The notes: generated by a model not told the origin, from the letters alone. A stretch of DNA of 64,000 bases from Octopus vulgaris (GCA_951406725.2 OX597826.1:77252001-77316000), one strand, 5' to 3'; counted from the first letter of the stretch, positions 12,681 to 28,217 are shown. Translations and numbers: made by a program.

Positions 12681-12800
12681 GTCGTCGTCGTCGTCGTTGT
12701 CATCGTCGTTGTTGTCGTCGTCATCATCATCATCATCATCATCGTCATCATCGTCATCACCGTGTTTATAATAGTTAGCATCGTCATCAACGTCATAATG
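12603..12800. repeat. (CAT/CGT)n trinucleotide microsatellite
   Basis: Direct reading; source of the poly-Asp/Met pseudo-ORFs. Confidence 0.95.
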
Positions 12801-13250
12801 GTATAAATAATTCATTTGTAATCGCTACGATTGCCAACATCACAACGTGGTCACCACCATCACCGGAAACATCAAAGCTTGTTGCTTGAATAGCGAAAAA
12901 TAGCAGCTCATTCGCCCTTATTTCACATTCTGCCGCCTCTTAGAAGAACGACGTATGCACCTACGCATGCATTGATATATGTATTCGTGATGCATGTATT
13001 ATCACCACCACCACCACCACCACCACCACAAACACCACCACCACCATCATCATCCCCATCATCATCATTGACAGCAACAGCACAATTAATTCCGTCATCG
13101 GGAGACAAAGGAATAAATCTTGATATGATTTCACTTTTTCTAGTTTGTTTCTTTGTTTATATATATACACACACACATACTCACAAACATCTTCAGCAAC
13201 CCAAACATACATACACACAAGCATACGTATCAAACACACACGCACGCACG

Positions 13251-13368
<118 letters not shown>

Positions 13369-13521
13369 TTGACTCTTATGCTTATGTGAATAGTTTCCAG
13401 ACAGACCCACTGTTGCTTTCAGTGCTGCGTATGGCACCCGTATATATCGCTTTGTATCTACCAAGCAGACACGCGATTGCAACATCAACCCGTATATGTA
13501 TGTATATATATAGATATATAT

Positions 13522-13652
13522 ATTAGCGGTTCGGCAAAAGAGACTGATAGAATAAGTACTAAGCTTACAGAGAATAAGTCCTGAGATCGATTTGTTCGAC
13601 TAAAGGCGGTGCTACAGCATAGCCGCAGTCAAATGACTGAAACAAGTAAAAA
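13522..13652 (+). mobile_element. SINE family A, 3' end
   Basis: ttagcggttcggcaaaagagac...cagtcaaatgactgaaacaagtaaaa. Confidence 0.85.
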
Positions 13653-13899
13653 AAGCAGAAGAATAAAGAATAATCGTATCTTTACACACACACATACACA
13701 CACAAACACACACAATCACTCACGTAATATCCGTACATAGACACACACACACTCATATGTTTGTAAGTGTGTGTATGTGTGAGTCAGTGTACATGCATAT
13801 GTATGTATGCATGTGTGTGTGTGTGTGATAATTAATCTCTTTATAATCAGCTTTTACGAACTCACAGTAACTTCAACCAGGATGAAGTTCAAACCAAAT

Positions 13900-15400
13900 A
13901 AGTTTAATTATCTTTTAACTAGAAGAGACATAATGTAGAACATGTTCGATCTGTAAGAGGGTTGAGAGGCTGTTCTATTGATAAAAATGTTCGGTGAAAT
14001 ACCTCAGAGAACTGTTTAACAACATGAACAGCAACAACATACTTTCAAATAGTAGTGATGGCTGAGGAAGGCCGAAAAGTCAGGGTTTCCGAGGAAATTT
14101 AAAGCACTCTGCTTCCAGGACTCATTTGTTTAATGATCGTGTTTGTTTCATATGACAAGGGAGGTTGGGTGGAATGAAAAGGAATAGCAAGGAACCCAGC
14201 TCCGACAATCTCTGTCATCGGTTGTGAAAGAATTCTAGTTAGCAAGCTGCAGAGTTTTAACGATGTCATTGTGCTTTAAGAATCAAGAGATAAGGCCTTC
14301 AGGCATCACCACAAAACATCAGGACGAAGCGGGCAACCAACGCCACAATGGTAACACAAGGTACAAAACTGCTGAAGCTTTATGTCATCTTTAGTATAAC
14401 TTGTGCTGGGTAGGGTCTTGGGTGCTCCCATTTTCGTAAGCAGTGAAGGGAGACAGGTAAGTAGAAGGGATTTATGATCCAAATATCAAGAATAGGAAGG
14501 ACGAATATCAACAGTGGTGGTCCTAGAATCTTAAAAAGACCACCCCAAGATGAAGATCACTGGAACCTTTCTGAATCTCTTCCCCGTTGCGAGTGCTATG
14601 TGACAAACTCTCAACACCAACAAATGGCACTGTGACACTGTGCATTGGCAGGGCCAGCCCTAGGGTTGCTGGCACCCCGGGCAAGCTGAACTTCGCTGTG
14701 TACAATCTGACGGTCGTGGAAATTACCTTGTCTTTGTCACGCCTTCCTTGGCGCCCCCTGGCACATGGCGCCCCGGGCGACTGCCCGAGTTGCCGGTACC
14801 TTGAGTCGGCCCTGTGTACTGGACACACACTTATACTCATGAGCAGGAGAGACACAAGAATTGTCGAACGCAGAGGAATCCATTACCACCAACACACCAA
14901 TACAGAGGAGGATGTCGATAAGCTGAATAAGAGCTCGCAATTTTCTACAAATGAAACAGTCAGCGGATATGAAGGAAATCATTGGTGGTGAGGAAGCTGC
15001 AGTTCTCATTAGACAACCGTGAAGGAGAAAGAAGTTTTGTGGTCTGAGGAGAGAAAGAAGACAGTCCCGATACAATTTACAGCACCATGAGGAATAAAGA
15101 TTGTGATTAAGCTTTGAAGCAGAAGAGTACAAAATAAAAGAATCTTTTCTTGGATTACAAAGAGAAAGAATACCAGACATGATTGTTCCTGATCGATGTC
15201 GGCTGTAGAGAAATCCTTGTTTAGTCAATGTGGAGAAGACTCAGAGTAACTAGAATTGCAGGGGAAGGGAGACAACAACAGCAATTTATCAATCAACATT
15301 CCACGAGTGAATCCACACTTTAAATCCTGAAATAGTGCATATCGGATGTTAAATGAAGTATAACGGTTTCGATCGAGAATCGAGACTGAGCCTCACTAGC
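13900..15400 (-). pseudogene. Highly decayed APE-type LINE (CR1/Jockey-group-like) remnant
   Basis: Non-microsatellite block with weak minus-strand echoes of endonuclease and RT motifs (DF.P...FES; QLI); many frameshifts. Confidence 0.35.
14649..14814. mobile_element. hAT-type MITE
   Basis: TIR cagggcc...ggccctg; degenerate 8-bp TSD tgcattgg / tgtactgg. Confidence 0.7.
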
Positions 15401-15611
15401 ACAGCTTTAATGTTGCTTTAAAAAGTTCATGAGTGATCCATTTTCGAGATATAACGGGAATAAATCTTTCAATCACATATTATCACCACAGAAAAGGGGA
15501 AGGAGATATTTAGCCCTCATCACCATGAATGAAAGGTTGAAAATACTTTTTTCGAATCTTCATCTTATGTAAATGTCTACATAACTTATTCCTTTGAAAC
15601 AAATTGAACTC

Positions 15612-15831
15612 TGCGACTGGGTGCTGAAAAGATCATGGTTTTAAGGGAATCACGAAAGAGCCGATTGGAGGCTCAATCTTCCAACTTCTTTAACAGGGAT
15701 TAAAAAACCTGAACAGTTGCTGCAATACGTGTATGAATCTGAGAAGGGAATGTGTTGAATCAAATCATAATTAACTGATTTTCCTGTATTTGTTTTTGCC
15801 CAAATCCAGGAACCTTTCAGCACCCCGCGTA
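15612..15831 (+). mobile_element. Mariner internal-deletion derivative
   Basis: TIRs gggtgctgaaaagatcatgg / ccaggaacctttcagcacccc-gcgta; residual transposase end (GIK...CMNLRRECVE). Confidence 0.65.
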
Positions 15832-16296
15832 AATCAAGAATTACTGTAATGAAACTTATCGAATATTGGAAATAACATCGTTTCTTATTGTTGTGAAACT
15901 TATTGAATATTTCAATTTGTATCAATTTTCCTATGAAGCCTAGCAAACATTTTGTTTTTCAGAGCATGTTTTATCGTTATGGAATTTTTTCTGTACATTC
16001 TTTTCTTTTAAATAACTTTAATTTTTAACATTGAAAAACAAGAACATTGCCGAAACCGGTATGGCATTCAAATAGATTTCAAAAAACAAAAACAAAAAAA
16101 AAATGAAAACCCTTAAAAAGAAACTGTGATTCATTTTAAGATCCAGGTACACTTTCGACCACCAAACCAATTTTCCTATCTTCCCACATACGTGGCCGTA
16201 AGGGTAAACTTCTTTTTCCTAAATGTGTGTGTGTGTATATATATATACATATACACACACACACACACACATAAACACGCACGCACGCGCACACAC

Positions 16297-16329
<33 letters not shown>

Positions 16330-16635
16330 AACACATATATATAAAGAGAGGGATAGAGAGATGGAGAGAGATAGACGAACAAACACAAACATACGTACGT
16401 ACAGACTGACAAACAGGCAGACAGATTGATAGATAGATTGTTCGAATGAAAACAACTTGGAGTGGAGTATTTTAACACCAAAGAATATTAAACGTATACA
16501 AGATACTATCTTGATTTATTGAAATAATCTTCGACTCTAGAAGGATACAAAAACTGCTCAGTGGTGCTTGGTACAAACTCCAAATGAGAATTAATAATTC
16601 TCCAAAACTGATATGCCATCAATGGAGAGACGAGT

Positions 16636-16733
<98 letters not shown>

Positions 16734-16895
16734 CATGCATGCATACATACACAAATGCAACACATACGTACAACACATACATACCTGTATATACACACAG
16801 ATACACATACATAAATGCGCATGCACACATATATACATACATATATGCATGTATGAATGTAATTGACAGATAGACAGACAGACAGGCAGACAGAC

Positions 16896-16989
<94 letters not shown>

Positions 16990-17099
16990 GGAGCGAGGGG
17001 TGATAACGATATACAGAGCATATTTAATTAAGCTAACTTCACATGTTTTGGAGTTTCGGGTTTCGGTTTTTCAAGATTTACTCACTACAGTTACAATAA

Positions 17100-17400
17100 T
17101 CCAATCGGTGACCCTGTACTTACATCATCCAAGACGTGTCCTCTATTTTACCTTTCTTACCGCTACTACTTCATCTACTGCTCTAATCATCTGGTGCCAA
17201 TCCAGGCCTAACCCCGTCAACACATCCTCTTCTATCCCTCTGTCCCTCATCTGTCTTAGTGTAACTCAAGAAACAGAAAACAATCTGTTTTCCTTGTTCA
17301 TTGGAACTTCCCCGTCTGGAACTTTGCTCTCTCAAGCCCCCATTATTTCTTATTCTTATTAGTCAAAAATGAAGATGATCCGCATCGGATTTGCCAATCT
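17100..17400 (+). pseudogene. Possible very decayed PLE GIY-YIG end
   Basis: Weak motifs KTCP, IYC, ENNLFSLFIGTSPSG (compare E..LIF.LGT..P.G). Confidence 0.3.
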
Positions 17401-17424
17401 GGATATCTTGTTATCTTCTCTTAC

Positions 17425-17620
17425 CTTTTTAATTGTTTCAGTAATTAGACTGCAGCCATGCTGGGAACATCGCCCTGAAGAATTTTTAGTCAAATAAATC
17501 AACCCAAATATTCATATTTTAAAGACTGGTATTTATTAAGTCGGTCACTCTTTAGTTAGAGGCTAGTTTTGGGGGACGGAAACTCAACAACACCGGTAGT
17601 CAAATATGGTGACAGGACAA
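17425..17620 (-). mobile_element. Degenerate SINE family A, 3' half
   Basis: tgtttcagtaattagactgcagccatgctgg...caacaccggtagtcaa. Confidence 0.6.
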
Positions 17621-17724
17621 TTACAAGCAAAAAAAAAATCAAATATGCTTGTATATATATATATGTATACTCACATACTTATATATATGTGTAAGTATGA
17701 ATGTATGTATATATATATATATTT

Positions 17725-17828
17725 TCATTCTCTCCTTTCCTTCTTTCCTGAGCGTCCAATAATACTATATTTGTTGCACGTCCTCGCGTTGTTGTGTTTT
17801 TTTTGTGCTTTCTTGTTTGGATTAACTA
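17725..17828 (+). mobile_element. Truncated family E element
   Basis: tttcctgagcgtccaataatac...cacgtcctcgcgttgttg...tttggattaact, as at 37480-37562. Confidence 0.75.
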
Positions 17829-17834
17829 TATATA

Positions 17835-17953
17835 CGACGCGCTTCTTTCAGTTTCCGTCTACCAAATCCACAACTAAGGCTATGGTCACACCGAGGGTAT
17901 AGTAAAGAATATTTATATGAGGTGCCACATAGTGGAACTGAACTCGGGACCAG
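17835..17953 (-). mobile_element. SINE family A, 5' part
   Basis: cttctttcagtttccgtctaccaaatccac...ggtgccac...ctgaactcgggacca. Confidence 0.7.
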
Positions 17954-18544
17954 ATATGTATGTATTTGTGGGTGTTTATGAATGTCTATATATACATACA
18001 TATATGCATGTAAAATATATGTGCTAAACGTATGTGTGTGTATACGAATGTGTTTGTGTGAGTGAGGGTGTGAAAGAGAGAGAGAGAGAGAGAGAGTGAG
18101 AGAGGAACAGACAGACAGACAGAACATGTGTGTGTGTAGAATAATTGTTACTGTCACCTAGCTTATTCACCGAAATGCATTAAATTAATCATAACTTTAC
18201 ATTTCTCATCATTTTGTCGATGTATCTCTTTAGTTGATGCAAATATATACATACATACACACACACACACACACGCACACACACATATATATATATATGT
18301 ATATGTATATATGTATACATACATATATATATGTGTATATATGTATACATATTTATATATATATATATAAATATATATATATACATATATGTATACATAT
18401 ATATAGGTATATACATATGTATATATATATATGTATATATGTATGTATATATATATGTATATATATATGTATATATGTATATATATATATATATGTATAT
18501 ATATATGTATAAATGTATATATGTATACATTATATGTATATGTA

Positions 18545-18610
<66 letters not shown>

Positions 18611-18672
18611 TACATACATATATATACATATATATATGTAAATATGTATACATATATATATATATACATACA

Positions 18673-19020
18673 TCTATTATATAAAATCCGTTCTGTCTGT
18701 CTGTGTGTGTCTTCTAGGATCTCGGGCATCCTGCAACCGATTGCGCTCAAATTTGATATGTAGATACCGACGGTATCAGGGCACGTATAAGTCTTCAAAA
18801 AATTACAAATATCGATTCCAGGTGAGAATGCAATCGATAAAGCCGTGGGAACGTGCATTTGTACGCGCAAGGACATCAGCTGTTGCAATCGATACTACGC
18901 GTACGCGTGAAAAATGCACGTGCAGTTTGCGCGGAACGGTCAACAAGTTGCTTTGAGAAAATTTGGTTTAAATGTTTGACAACTGAGCACCGTCCGTTGG
19001 ACGGGGGCGTTTTGCACGCA
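18673..19020 (+). mobile_element. Probable non-autonomous Helitron
   Basis: A|TCTATTATATAAAA 5' end, then a (GTCT)/(GT) tract and ccgattgcgctcaaatttg; GC-rich subterminal hairpin ccgtcc-gtt-ggacgg (18990-19004); canonical CTRR 3' end not seen. Confidence 0.55.
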
Positions 19021-19022
19021 TC

Positions 19023-19121
<99 letters not shown>

Positions 19122-19180
19122 ATATATATATATATATATGCATATATATGTATATATGCATACATTTATATATATATATG

Positions 19181-19213
<33 letters not shown>

Positions 19214-19568
19214 GCATACATTTATATACATATATGTATATATGTATACATATATATACATATATATGTACATATATATATACATATATATACACGTATA
19301 TATATGTATATACACATATATATACGTATATATATACGTATGCATACATATATATATATATACACACATATATATATATGTGTATATATACACAAACATA
19401 CATATATACATATCTATATATACACAAATATATATATATATTTGTGAGTGTGCGCGCGTGTGTGGATGTGTTTGGACATACATATATTCATAATGATATA
19501 TACAAGTGTATGGATACGTATATATATATAAGTACACATAAACATACATACACACAAACACACACATA

Positions 19569-19616
<48 letters not shown>

Positions 19617-20346
19617 CATACATATATTTATATACATACATACATATATATATATATATGTGTATGTGTATATATATATAAAGAAGATGAGGCCATTATT
19701 TAAAATACCGATCATATCAAGTGGCCAGTATGGAAAGTAACCTTATAAGCAATAATTATGATAGAGATAAAATAGTATAATTAAAATTATAATTAAGGGT
19801 ACCGAAGAGATAGCACCATGCCAGAAATAAAAATTAATGGGATGATATATTCATTTTTGCTAATATATTTGTTCATTATTTACCTGCGCGGTACCAATAC
19901 AGGATGTGGTTTTGACTGCTATTTCTGGAACGGTGGTATATATATATATAAATGTATATATGCATGCGTTTGTTTATATAGCTAAAGTCATGAGATATTT
20001 AAACTTTCGAGAGAACGAGAAACAATTGTTTATTAGCACATCCTTTGCCTAAATGCTTTGGCAGGGTATTTACATACAAATGTTAATGCCGTTATGTGTG
20101 TACTTCGAAATATACAATTACACATCTACACACACCCTAAAAAAAAAAAGCACCGTTTACACATAAACACATACACACACACAGATAGATAAATAAATAA
20201 ATTTTTATATATATAGTATTCGTATAATTCATGTACTTAATATATATAAATTATATTTATATATATATATATTTAATATATCACATAAATACAAACGTAT
20301 ATACGTATTATATATGAATATACGTAAATTTATAAATACTTGTGTT

Positions 20347-20400
<54 letters not shown>

Positions 20401-20711
20401 TGTATATATACATGTAGATGTAGGTACGTACATATATGTATGTATGCATATATTTTATTTATTACACTATATATATATATATATATATATATATCGACGT
20501 TTTTTGGTGTCCTGTACTCATATATGCGTGTATATATACATGTAGAGGTTAGTACGTATATACATATATGTATATATATATGCATGTTTTTATTTTTTAA
20601 TATATATATATATATATATACATATATATATACACACACAAGCGTGTGAGTGTTTGTGTGCGTATATGTATGTATATATGCATATATGAATGTATATACT
20701 TTTATGTAAAT

Positions 20712-21066
20712 CGCATCCCAGCCACATGGTTCCGGGTTCTGTCCCACTACTTGGCACATTGGGCAAGTGTCCTCTGCTCTAGCGTCGGGCCGACCAATGC
20801 CTTGTATGTGGACTTGGTAGACGGAAACTGAAAGAATCCCGTCGTGTATATATATATGTATATTTATGTGTGCGTGTGTGTGTGTGTATTTATCCCTCCG
20901 CCATTCCTTGACAACCGATGTTGGTGAGTTTAGTAGTTCGGCAAAGGGGATCAATAGAATGAGTACTAGGCTTACAAAGAACAAATCCTGGGATCGATTT
21001 GTTCGACGAAAGGCGGTGCTCCAACATGACCGCAGTCAAATGAATGAAATCAGCTAAGGAATTAAA
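20712..21066 (+). mobile_element. SINE family A, nearly full length
   Basis: ccacatggttccgggttc...gggcaagtgtc...ggtagacggaaactgaaagaa...(TA/TG)...cagtcaaatga. Confidence 0.85.
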
Positions 21067-22015
21067 GAAAAAATATAGATACATATATACCTCTATTTAG
21101 GTGCATATATTGATAGATAAATAGATAGATAGGGAGTTAGATAGATAGGCCTCCAAATATGTATTGTAATATATATACACACATATATATATATACTTAT
21201 ATATATGTAATTGTGTGCGTGTGTTGTATGTGTATGTGCATGTAAATATATGTGTACATATGTATATATATATATATATATATACATGTATATATATATA
21301 TATTTATACTTATATATATATACATATCTATATGCACACATACATAAATACATATATATATATATGTATATGTGTGTGTGTATTTATATATACGTATATA
21401 TATATATTTATGTATATACTTACATATACATATATATATATACATATCTATATGCACACATACATAAATATATATATATGTATGTATGTATGCATGCATG
21501 TATGTACGTATGTATGTATGTATGTATGTATGTATGTATGTATGTATGTATGTATGTATGTATGTATGTATGTATATGCGTGTGTGTGTGAGCTTATATA
21601 TCAATAAACGATACATATTTGTATACCTAATTTTGCTGTCGTAACATTTTCGAAACTTTCAAGAGAGCATGATATAAAAGTTTTGGGGACTGGATCTCGA
21701 ATTACGCAGAAAGTTATGAAGATTAGCAATCATTGTGTAGGAAAACCATTGTGGATAGAAAAAAGTTGGAAACAACGACATTTGAATGTTTATATTTGTG
21801 TGTGTGTGTATACATACATACATACATACATACATACATAAGGGTGGTTTACTGAGACGGGAGGTTTCGGATTTTTTTCGCATCGATGTACGATAAACTG
21901 AAAAAGTTCGTTTTATATTTCACGCTAGGCGGCCAGGGTTTCCGGGGTAAGCGAATTAGAATACAAGAGATATGGAATGGAGTGGATAAGACTATACACA
22001 CACACACACACACAC

Positions 22016-22106
<91 letters not shown>

Positions 22107-22120
22107 ATATATATATGTAT

Positions 22121-22158
<38 letters not shown>

Positions 22159-22163
22159 GTATA

Positions 22164-22197
<34 letters not shown>

Positions 22198-22208
22198 CAT
22201 ATATATAC

Positions 22209-22283
<75 letters not shown>

Positions 22284-22299
22284 ACACGTACATGTATAT

Positions 22300-22498
22300 T
22301 CTTTTATTTGTTTCAATAATTTTGACTGGCGGTCATGCTGGAGCACCGCCATTAGTCGAACGAATCTCCTCCAGTACTTATTCTTTGTAAGCGTAGTACT
22401 TATTCTATCGCGTTCTTTTGCCGAACCACTAGTTTACGGGAACGTACACACACCAACATCGGTTGTCATGCGATGGTGGGGGGACAAATACAGACACA
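22300..22498 (-). mobile_element. SINE family A, 3' half
   Basis: Inverted relative to the neighbouring copy at 22622-23044. Confidence 0.85.
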
Positions 22499-22574
22499 TA
22501 TATACCTCTGTGTGTGTGTCCTTATATATTTATGTGTATATATGTAGGAATTATACATACATTCATTTATATAG

Positions 22575-22621
<47 letters not shown>

Positions 22622-22625
<4 letters not shown>

Positions 22626-22780
22626 TGGCTGTGTGGTAAGTAGCTTGCTAACCAACCACATGATTCTGGGTTCAGCACCACTGTGTGGCATCTTGGGCAA
22701 GCGTCTTCTGCTATAGCCCCGGGCCGACCAATGCCTTGTGACTGGATTTGGTAGACGGAAACTGAAAGAAGCCTGTCGTA

Positions 22781-22839
<59 letters not shown>

Positions 22840-23044
22840 TTGTGTGTGTGTGTTTGTCCCCCCTAGCATTGCTTGACAACCGATGCTGGTGTGTTTACAT
22901 CCCCGTCAGTTAGGGGTTCGGCAAAAGAGACTGATAGAATAAGTACTGGGCTTACAAAAGAATAAGTCCCGGGGTCGAGTTGCTCGATTAAAGGCGGTGC
23001 TCCAGCATGGCCGCAGTCAAATGACAGAAACAAGTAAAAGAGAG
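22622..23044 (+). mobile_element. SINE family A, full length (tRNA-like head, internal (TA)n(TG)n, aaaagag tail)
   Basis: A-box-like tggctgtgtgg, B-box-like gggttcagcacc; body shared by more than 15 copies in the window. Confidence 0.9.
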
Positions 23045-24316
23045 AAAGAGATATATATATATAGTTGAAATTTAGAAAAATACAAAAGATGAAGACAGGT
23101 GTATGAACAACAAGCAGTATGTATGTATGTTGTATATACCTGTATATATGCATGCATCCGTAATTATTGTGACATATAACATGTGTGTGCATGCGAATAT
23201 ATATCGATGTATATATGTACTGTATACCTATCTATCTATATGTACACTTAGATAGGAATATGTGCGTTTGTGTTTGTTTGTACATATATATTGTATATAT
23301 AAACATTTACATGTGTATAGCTCTTTTATTATACACATTATAATGTGTATAGCATTTTATTATATAAATTATATTATATAAATTGCCAACTTTTCGACAT
23401 CGTGACCGCCATTGTGGGTGGTTTAGTTTGTATGAGAAAGATGTTATGAATATTTATACGGGTATATACGGTATACATGCATGCTAACAACTTTTGCCAT
23501 CATACACACCCGTTGAATGGCACAATTGTGTATATGTGTATTTATGTGTGCATATATATTTACAGATACACGATTGTTAGGTCGAGGTTTCCATTCTGGG
23601 ACTAGGCGGGGACGTTTTGCCTTTGACCGAGGTACTTCATCTCTCTCAGATTACGGGTACTCCAGTGAAAATGAGTACCAGCGCCAAATGAGTTATTTCT
23701 ACAAGGGGGCAGTACCCTGTCGGACAGGGGTGGGCATTATGCTCTCAGTGGATTAAACACCACGTTAAGAGGGGTAGGTTTTGGTCCATGAGCCTGTTCA
23801 CACCTGACAATCTTCAACTTTTATAATACACACACACACACACATACACACACGCATACTCACACACACACACACTCACACACACACACATACACGCGGT
23901 CATGCACTTATAGGCAGTCCTACACACAAAAACAATCACACCACACTTACACACGCAGAGGCATGTATATATATATATATAAATATGTATATATATAAAT
24001 TGGATATGATTAAAAAATTACTCACCTGATGTGAATACAGGCCGTACGATGACATGCTTTTCGATTGTCTGTCTGTGTGTCAGTCAGTCAGTCAGTCTGT
24101 TACTTTCTGTGTATTTGTGAGTGCATGTGTGTGTGTGTGTGTGTGTCTTTGCGTGCACCTGTGTGTGCGCGTGTGCGTGCGTGCGCGCACCTGTGTCTGT
24201 CAGTTTGTCATTAATAAAGTTATCCTTCGCTGAATCGTGATGTACACACGTATACATGCAGCACACATGGGCATACATTCATGAATGACCATACACGCAC
24301 ATACACACACATACAC

Positions 24317-24349
<33 letters not shown>

Positions 24350-24701
24350 GTTATATGTATGTATATATATATATACAAAAGCATATATATATATATATAT
24401 TGAGAGATAGATAGATATAGATTGTATGTATATATTATATATATATTGTATGTATTATATAAACGATGTATGTATATATATATATATATATATTGTATGT
24501 ATGTATTATATAAACAATATATATATATATATATATATTACATAAACTATATATGTATTAATTGATAGAGAGGGAAAGACAGAATGAGAGTGAGGGGGTG
24601 AGAGATGTATATAAATTTATATTCGTGTGTATATTTGTTTAAATGTGTGTGTATAATTAGTAACTTAAATACATATGCGTAGAAACCACGTTACGTAGAG
24701 T

Positions 24702-24736
<35 letters not shown>

Positions 24737-25019
24737 CACAGAGGTAGACACAAACAAACACACACACACACACACACGTCTAAACAATCACACACATACA
24801 CAAACACGCATACTTATATGAATGTATGTCTGTGTATGTATACACATATATAGATGCATGTGTACGTGTGTACGTGTATGTATGTATATATATATATACA
24901 CACGCGGGTTACGTTGAATGTTTGATAAGCATATTACCTTCCCACCAAGGTAAGTTAACACCTCACCTAGACACAACACACTCGGTCACAACTGCTGCTG
25001 CTGATGCTGTCGCGGCAGT

Positions 25020-25590
<571 letters not shown>

Positions 25591-25609
25591 GTTGGTGTAT
25601 GTTTCTATT

Positions 25610-25810
25610 ATCGTTCAGCACTAGTTTGCCACTGATCGAGTAGAAACTAAGATGAAAGCCATTCCCGCCGTAACCATCCACACTGAGTCCGATGTAAAGG
25701 TAGTTTTTTAGGACAGCATTATCAAATGTCTCCTTTACTTACGGTAGTTTGTGATTTGAGGGAGAACTGTTAGCTATTTCTAGGATGTCGTGTGGCCACG
25801 TGGGGAACCC
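25610..25810 (+). mobile_element. Old dispersed repeat family (…gtgatttgagggaga…gctatttctag…)
   Basis: Diverged relatives at ~26358-26520, ~29180-29365 (minus), ~49740-49800 (minus), ~50500-50690 and ~59490-59880. Confidence 0.5.
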
Positions 25811-25834
25811 TTTCGTTGTTTATTTTAAATACAC

Positions 25835-25869
<35 letters not shown>

Positions 25870-26063
25870 ATTATTGCTGTTGTGAAGGTGACGAGCTTAT
25901 TTCGACCGGGTCTTTACGTTCTGAGTTCAAATTCTGCCATTCCGTGTCGATAAAAGAAGTACCAGTTGAATTCTGAGGTCGATGTAATCGACTTCGTACC
26001 CAGAATTTGCTGGCCTTGTGCCAAAATTTGAAATCATTATTATTATTGTTACTATTATTATTA

Positions 26064-26095
<32 letters not shown>

Positions 26096-26126
26096 GTTGT
26101 TGTTATTATTATTATTCAGTAATTTA

Positions 26127-26260
<134 letters not shown>

Positions 26261-26917
26261 GGTCGTTTCTCGTGTAGCTGTTTTGTTGTTGCTGTTGTTG
26301 TTGCTACTCCTGTCTTTCATGTTGTGTATTGACAATATTCTGATTAATATTATTACTTAACCCCAGGTCAGCTCCGATACGACAGACATCTGATCAAGGC
26401 CGTTCCAGACGTGACCATCTTGGACTGCATTACCGAAAGGGTCCTTTACTTTCTAAAACTTTAAGATCTGATTAGAAGGACGTCTGACTGCCGTATCTAG
26501 CAGCTGATCAGTTTCATTATTGAAGGCAACCCATCCCTGACCATCCCCTATTTTTATTCATACAAAACGTGTCCGGGACCACATCATTGTATTGTTGCCG
26601 CCATCTTATTTTAATGATGTTGTTGTTATTGTAACAAAAGAAAATGTTATGGGAGTTTTTTCATATTGTTTGTGGTGTTGCTTTTTACTTGTCGTGGTTA
26701 TTGTTGTTAATATTGTTGTAGTTAATACTGCAGCTGTTGTTGCTGTTGTTGTTGTTGTTTTTTGTTGTTGTTGATTTTTGTTTTATTGTTGTTGTTTGTG
26801 TTTGTGTTATTACTGCTGCTGCTGCCGCTGCAATAGCTTTTTTGTTGCTATTTGTTATTGTTTTGATGTTCTTCTTGCTGTTACAGTATGTTAGATGATG
26901 ATGACGATGATTGTTAC

Positions 26918-27308
26918 TCTTTTAACTTTAATCTCGTTTCAGTCATTATACTGCGGCCATGCTGGGGCTCCACCTTCAAGAATTTTTAGACGAATGAATC
27001 GACGCCCAACACATTTTTGTAAAGGCTGGTACATATTCTATCGGCCTCTTTGGTCGAACTGCAAAGTTACAGGGACGTAAATACACCCACACCGGTTGTC
27101 ACGTGGAGGTGGGGCCAAACACAGACACAGAGAGACATACACATGCGCGACGGGCTTCTTTTAGTTTCCACCTACCAAACCCACTCGCAGAGATTAGGTC
27201 GGCACAGGGCTTTAGTAAAAGACACTTGTACAAGTTGCCACGCAGTGGGACTGAGCCAGGAACCTTGTGCTTGTGGCTGGGAAGGAAGCTTCTTACTACA
27301 CAGCCACA
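26918..27308 (-). mobile_element. SINE family A, full length, diverged
   Basis: Colinear with 53150-53546. Confidence 0.85.
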
Positions 27309-27329
27309 CCAACACACACATACGTGTAA

Positions 27330-27373
<44 letters not shown>

Positions 27374-27785
27374 GTGTATTTGCTTATGGGCACAGATATA
27401 GTCGAATGATTAAGTGATTAACTGGCCTCGAGGCATGTGCTTCTGAATTCGACCACTTTGTGCGATATCTTGGACATGTAACTGTTACCATGTGAGAGAA
27501 ACTGAATAAGAGGGGAAACTGCGTAGAAGCCCGCCGTCCACAGCATTGTACTTGTAATTCAAGGTGTGGGCGGCAACTGTGCAGAGCTGGTTTCTTTCTA
27601 AAGAATATCTTCAGTGAACAAAATGTGTACGGAATACACAACCACATGCACATTAATGTAATTGCTCTGTAACTCGATTGACCGAGTCAGACTCTTCTTC
27701 AAAGACCGACGGAAGATCACTATTAGCTTTATGTATGTATGGGCCTGGGTGAATGTTTGTGCGTACATAGGTGTGTGTCAGTATG

Positions 27786-27836
<51 letters not shown>

Positions 27837-27924
27837 GCAGATAGATGTATATACATGTATACATGGACATATCTATTTATTTATTTATCGATCTATCTAC
27901 TTCTTTATACACACACACATATAG

Positions 27925-28072
27925 GCGCATGCGTGGCTGTGTGGTTAAGAATCTAAACGTGTAGTCTGGCTCAGTTCCGCTGCGTGACACATTGGACTTC
28001 TACTATGGCCCCAGGTCAACCAAAACCTTGTGAGTAGATTTGGTAGACACAAAATGAAAGAAGTTTTCCGTA
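27925..28072 (+). mobile_element. SINE family A, 5' half (3' half at ~28500-28702)
   Basis: ggctgtgtggttaag...ttgtgagtagatttggtagac; the 3' half resumes after the inserted family B copy. Confidence 0.65.
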
Positions 28073-28142
28073 TCTATTAATACATATATATATATATTGT
28101 TATATTTTGGAATTGTCATTTTGCTAGTTTAGCCAATATATA

Positions 28143-28209
<67 letters not shown>

Positions 28210-28217
28210 TCAAATAT

